This document shows, piece by piece, positions 63,714 to 64,000 of a stretch of DNA of 64,000 bases. A program made the position numbers and the translations under genes. Source of the stretch: an uncultured Thermoleophilia bacterium (GTDB lineage Bacteria > Actinomycetota > Thermoleophilia > UBA2241); contig CAVVGY010000009.1 of assembly GCA_963747935.1 (NCBI GenBank), positions 72,752 to 136,751 of the forward strand, given 5' to 3'. Below the pieces are notes generated by a model, which saw only the letters and a list, made by a program, of their open reading frames with translations, was not told the origin of the DNA and made no database searches. Each line of letters starts with the position of its first letter. Position 1 is the first letter of the stretch.

Positions 63714-64000
63714 CTACTCGGCGTGCTCCCGGATGACGCTGCGGACGACCTCCAGGAACCCCTCGGCGAGGCGCTCGGAGTCCGGCCGGTCGGCGCCCTC
63801 GGCGTAGATGTGGAACACCGGCTCGTCGGCGTCGGGGAGCAGTTGCACCCAGCCGTCGTCGCGCTTGAGCTGGATGCCGTCGATGAGGCCGAGCTCGGCG
63901 TCGCCGGCGGCGGCCTCGCGCTGCAGGTGCTCCGTCGCCGTGCGCATCACGGTGCCCTTGAGCGCCCACGGGCACGCGACCGTCTTGTGGACGAGCGTGC
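63714..64000 (-). CDS. alpha-D-phosphohexomutase-like protein (PMM/PGM family), C-terminal domain only (gene runs off the right edge)
   Basis: The frame is open to the window end: ..LVHKTVACPWALKGTVMRTATEHL...LGLIDGIQLKRDDGWVQLLPDADEPVFHIYAEGADRPDSERL.., the typical domain-IV ending (DG.....W.L.RPS..EP...IY.E). Confidence 0.5.
   Translation of the reverse strand, partial: TLVHKTVACPWALKGTVMRTATEHLQREAAAGDAELGLIDGIQLKRDDGWVQLLPDADEPVFHIYAEGADRPDSERLAEGFLEVVRSVIREHAE

Noticed and set aside
1-64000. CRISPR arrays, tandem repeat arrays, rRNA or tRNA genes
   Set aside because: I found no regularly spaced short repeats and no tRNA-like T-arm/acceptor patterns in any intergenic region by eye. This should be confirmed with tRNAscan-SE, Infernal and a CRISPR finder.

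Overview
The window is a very GC-rich bacterial chromosome segment; third codon positions are almost always G/C, which produces many long spurious antisense ORFs. The gene order looks Actinomycetota-like, but that is an inference from synteny only.

The left ~42.6 kb is a tightly packed, mostly plus-strand housekeeping backbone. Its order is pyrK(3' end)-pyrD, mihF-gmk-rpoZ-coaBC, an HD protein, a TPR protein, htpX and lemA (minus strand), a broken L,D-transpeptidase, then rimP-nusA-ylxR-infB-DUF503-rbfA-nrnA-truB-ribF. This continues with rpsO-pnp-M16 peptidase-dapB-dapA-rnj-ftsK, a rodZ-like gene, yajQ, rimO-pgsA-cinA-thpR, recA-recX, and rny-miaB-(LigB-like + AMMECR1)-miaA-dapF-dapL-hflX-dut-nudix.

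After a ~680-bp non-coding gap comes a ~14-kb accessory-looking envelope locus (43.3-57.7 kb). It holds three secreted metallophosphoesterases, a GDP-mannose-pyrophosphorylase-like enzyme, an unusual GtrA::HPr-kinase-like fusion, a GT-C (PMT_2) glycosyltransferase, a PLC/AcpA-type phosphoesterase, a beta-sandwich membrane protein, and two GH99-like proteins plus an in-frame deleted remnant of a third.

The right end carries apt and a minus-strand array of DUF4388/PATAN-like, a small RsiG-like coiled-coil protein, a zinc-ribbon FHA protein and a MerR regulator. This array is divergent from an mglB-mglA (Roadblock + Ras-like GTPase) pair. A VanW protein and the 3' end of a phosphohexomutase-like gene follow.

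I found no rRNA, tRNA, CRISPR array, transposase or integrase.

At least 13 frame breaks occur in otherwise well-conserved genes (coaBC, ldt x5, miaB x2, AMMECR1, dapL, a hypothetical gene, apt, DUF4388), plus one possible further break in the coiled-coil gene. Many sit in short homopolymers, so indel-type sequence error is the most economical reading, apart from possibly the L,D-transpeptidase.

The best candidates for something new are:
- the MglAB + DUF4388 + RsiG-like + FHA + MerR signalling neighbourhood;
- the GtrA::kinase fusion inside the mannose/phosphoesterase locus;
- the LigB-like/AMMECR1 pair wedged between miaB and miaA.

All family calls come from reading motifs by eye. No database search was run.
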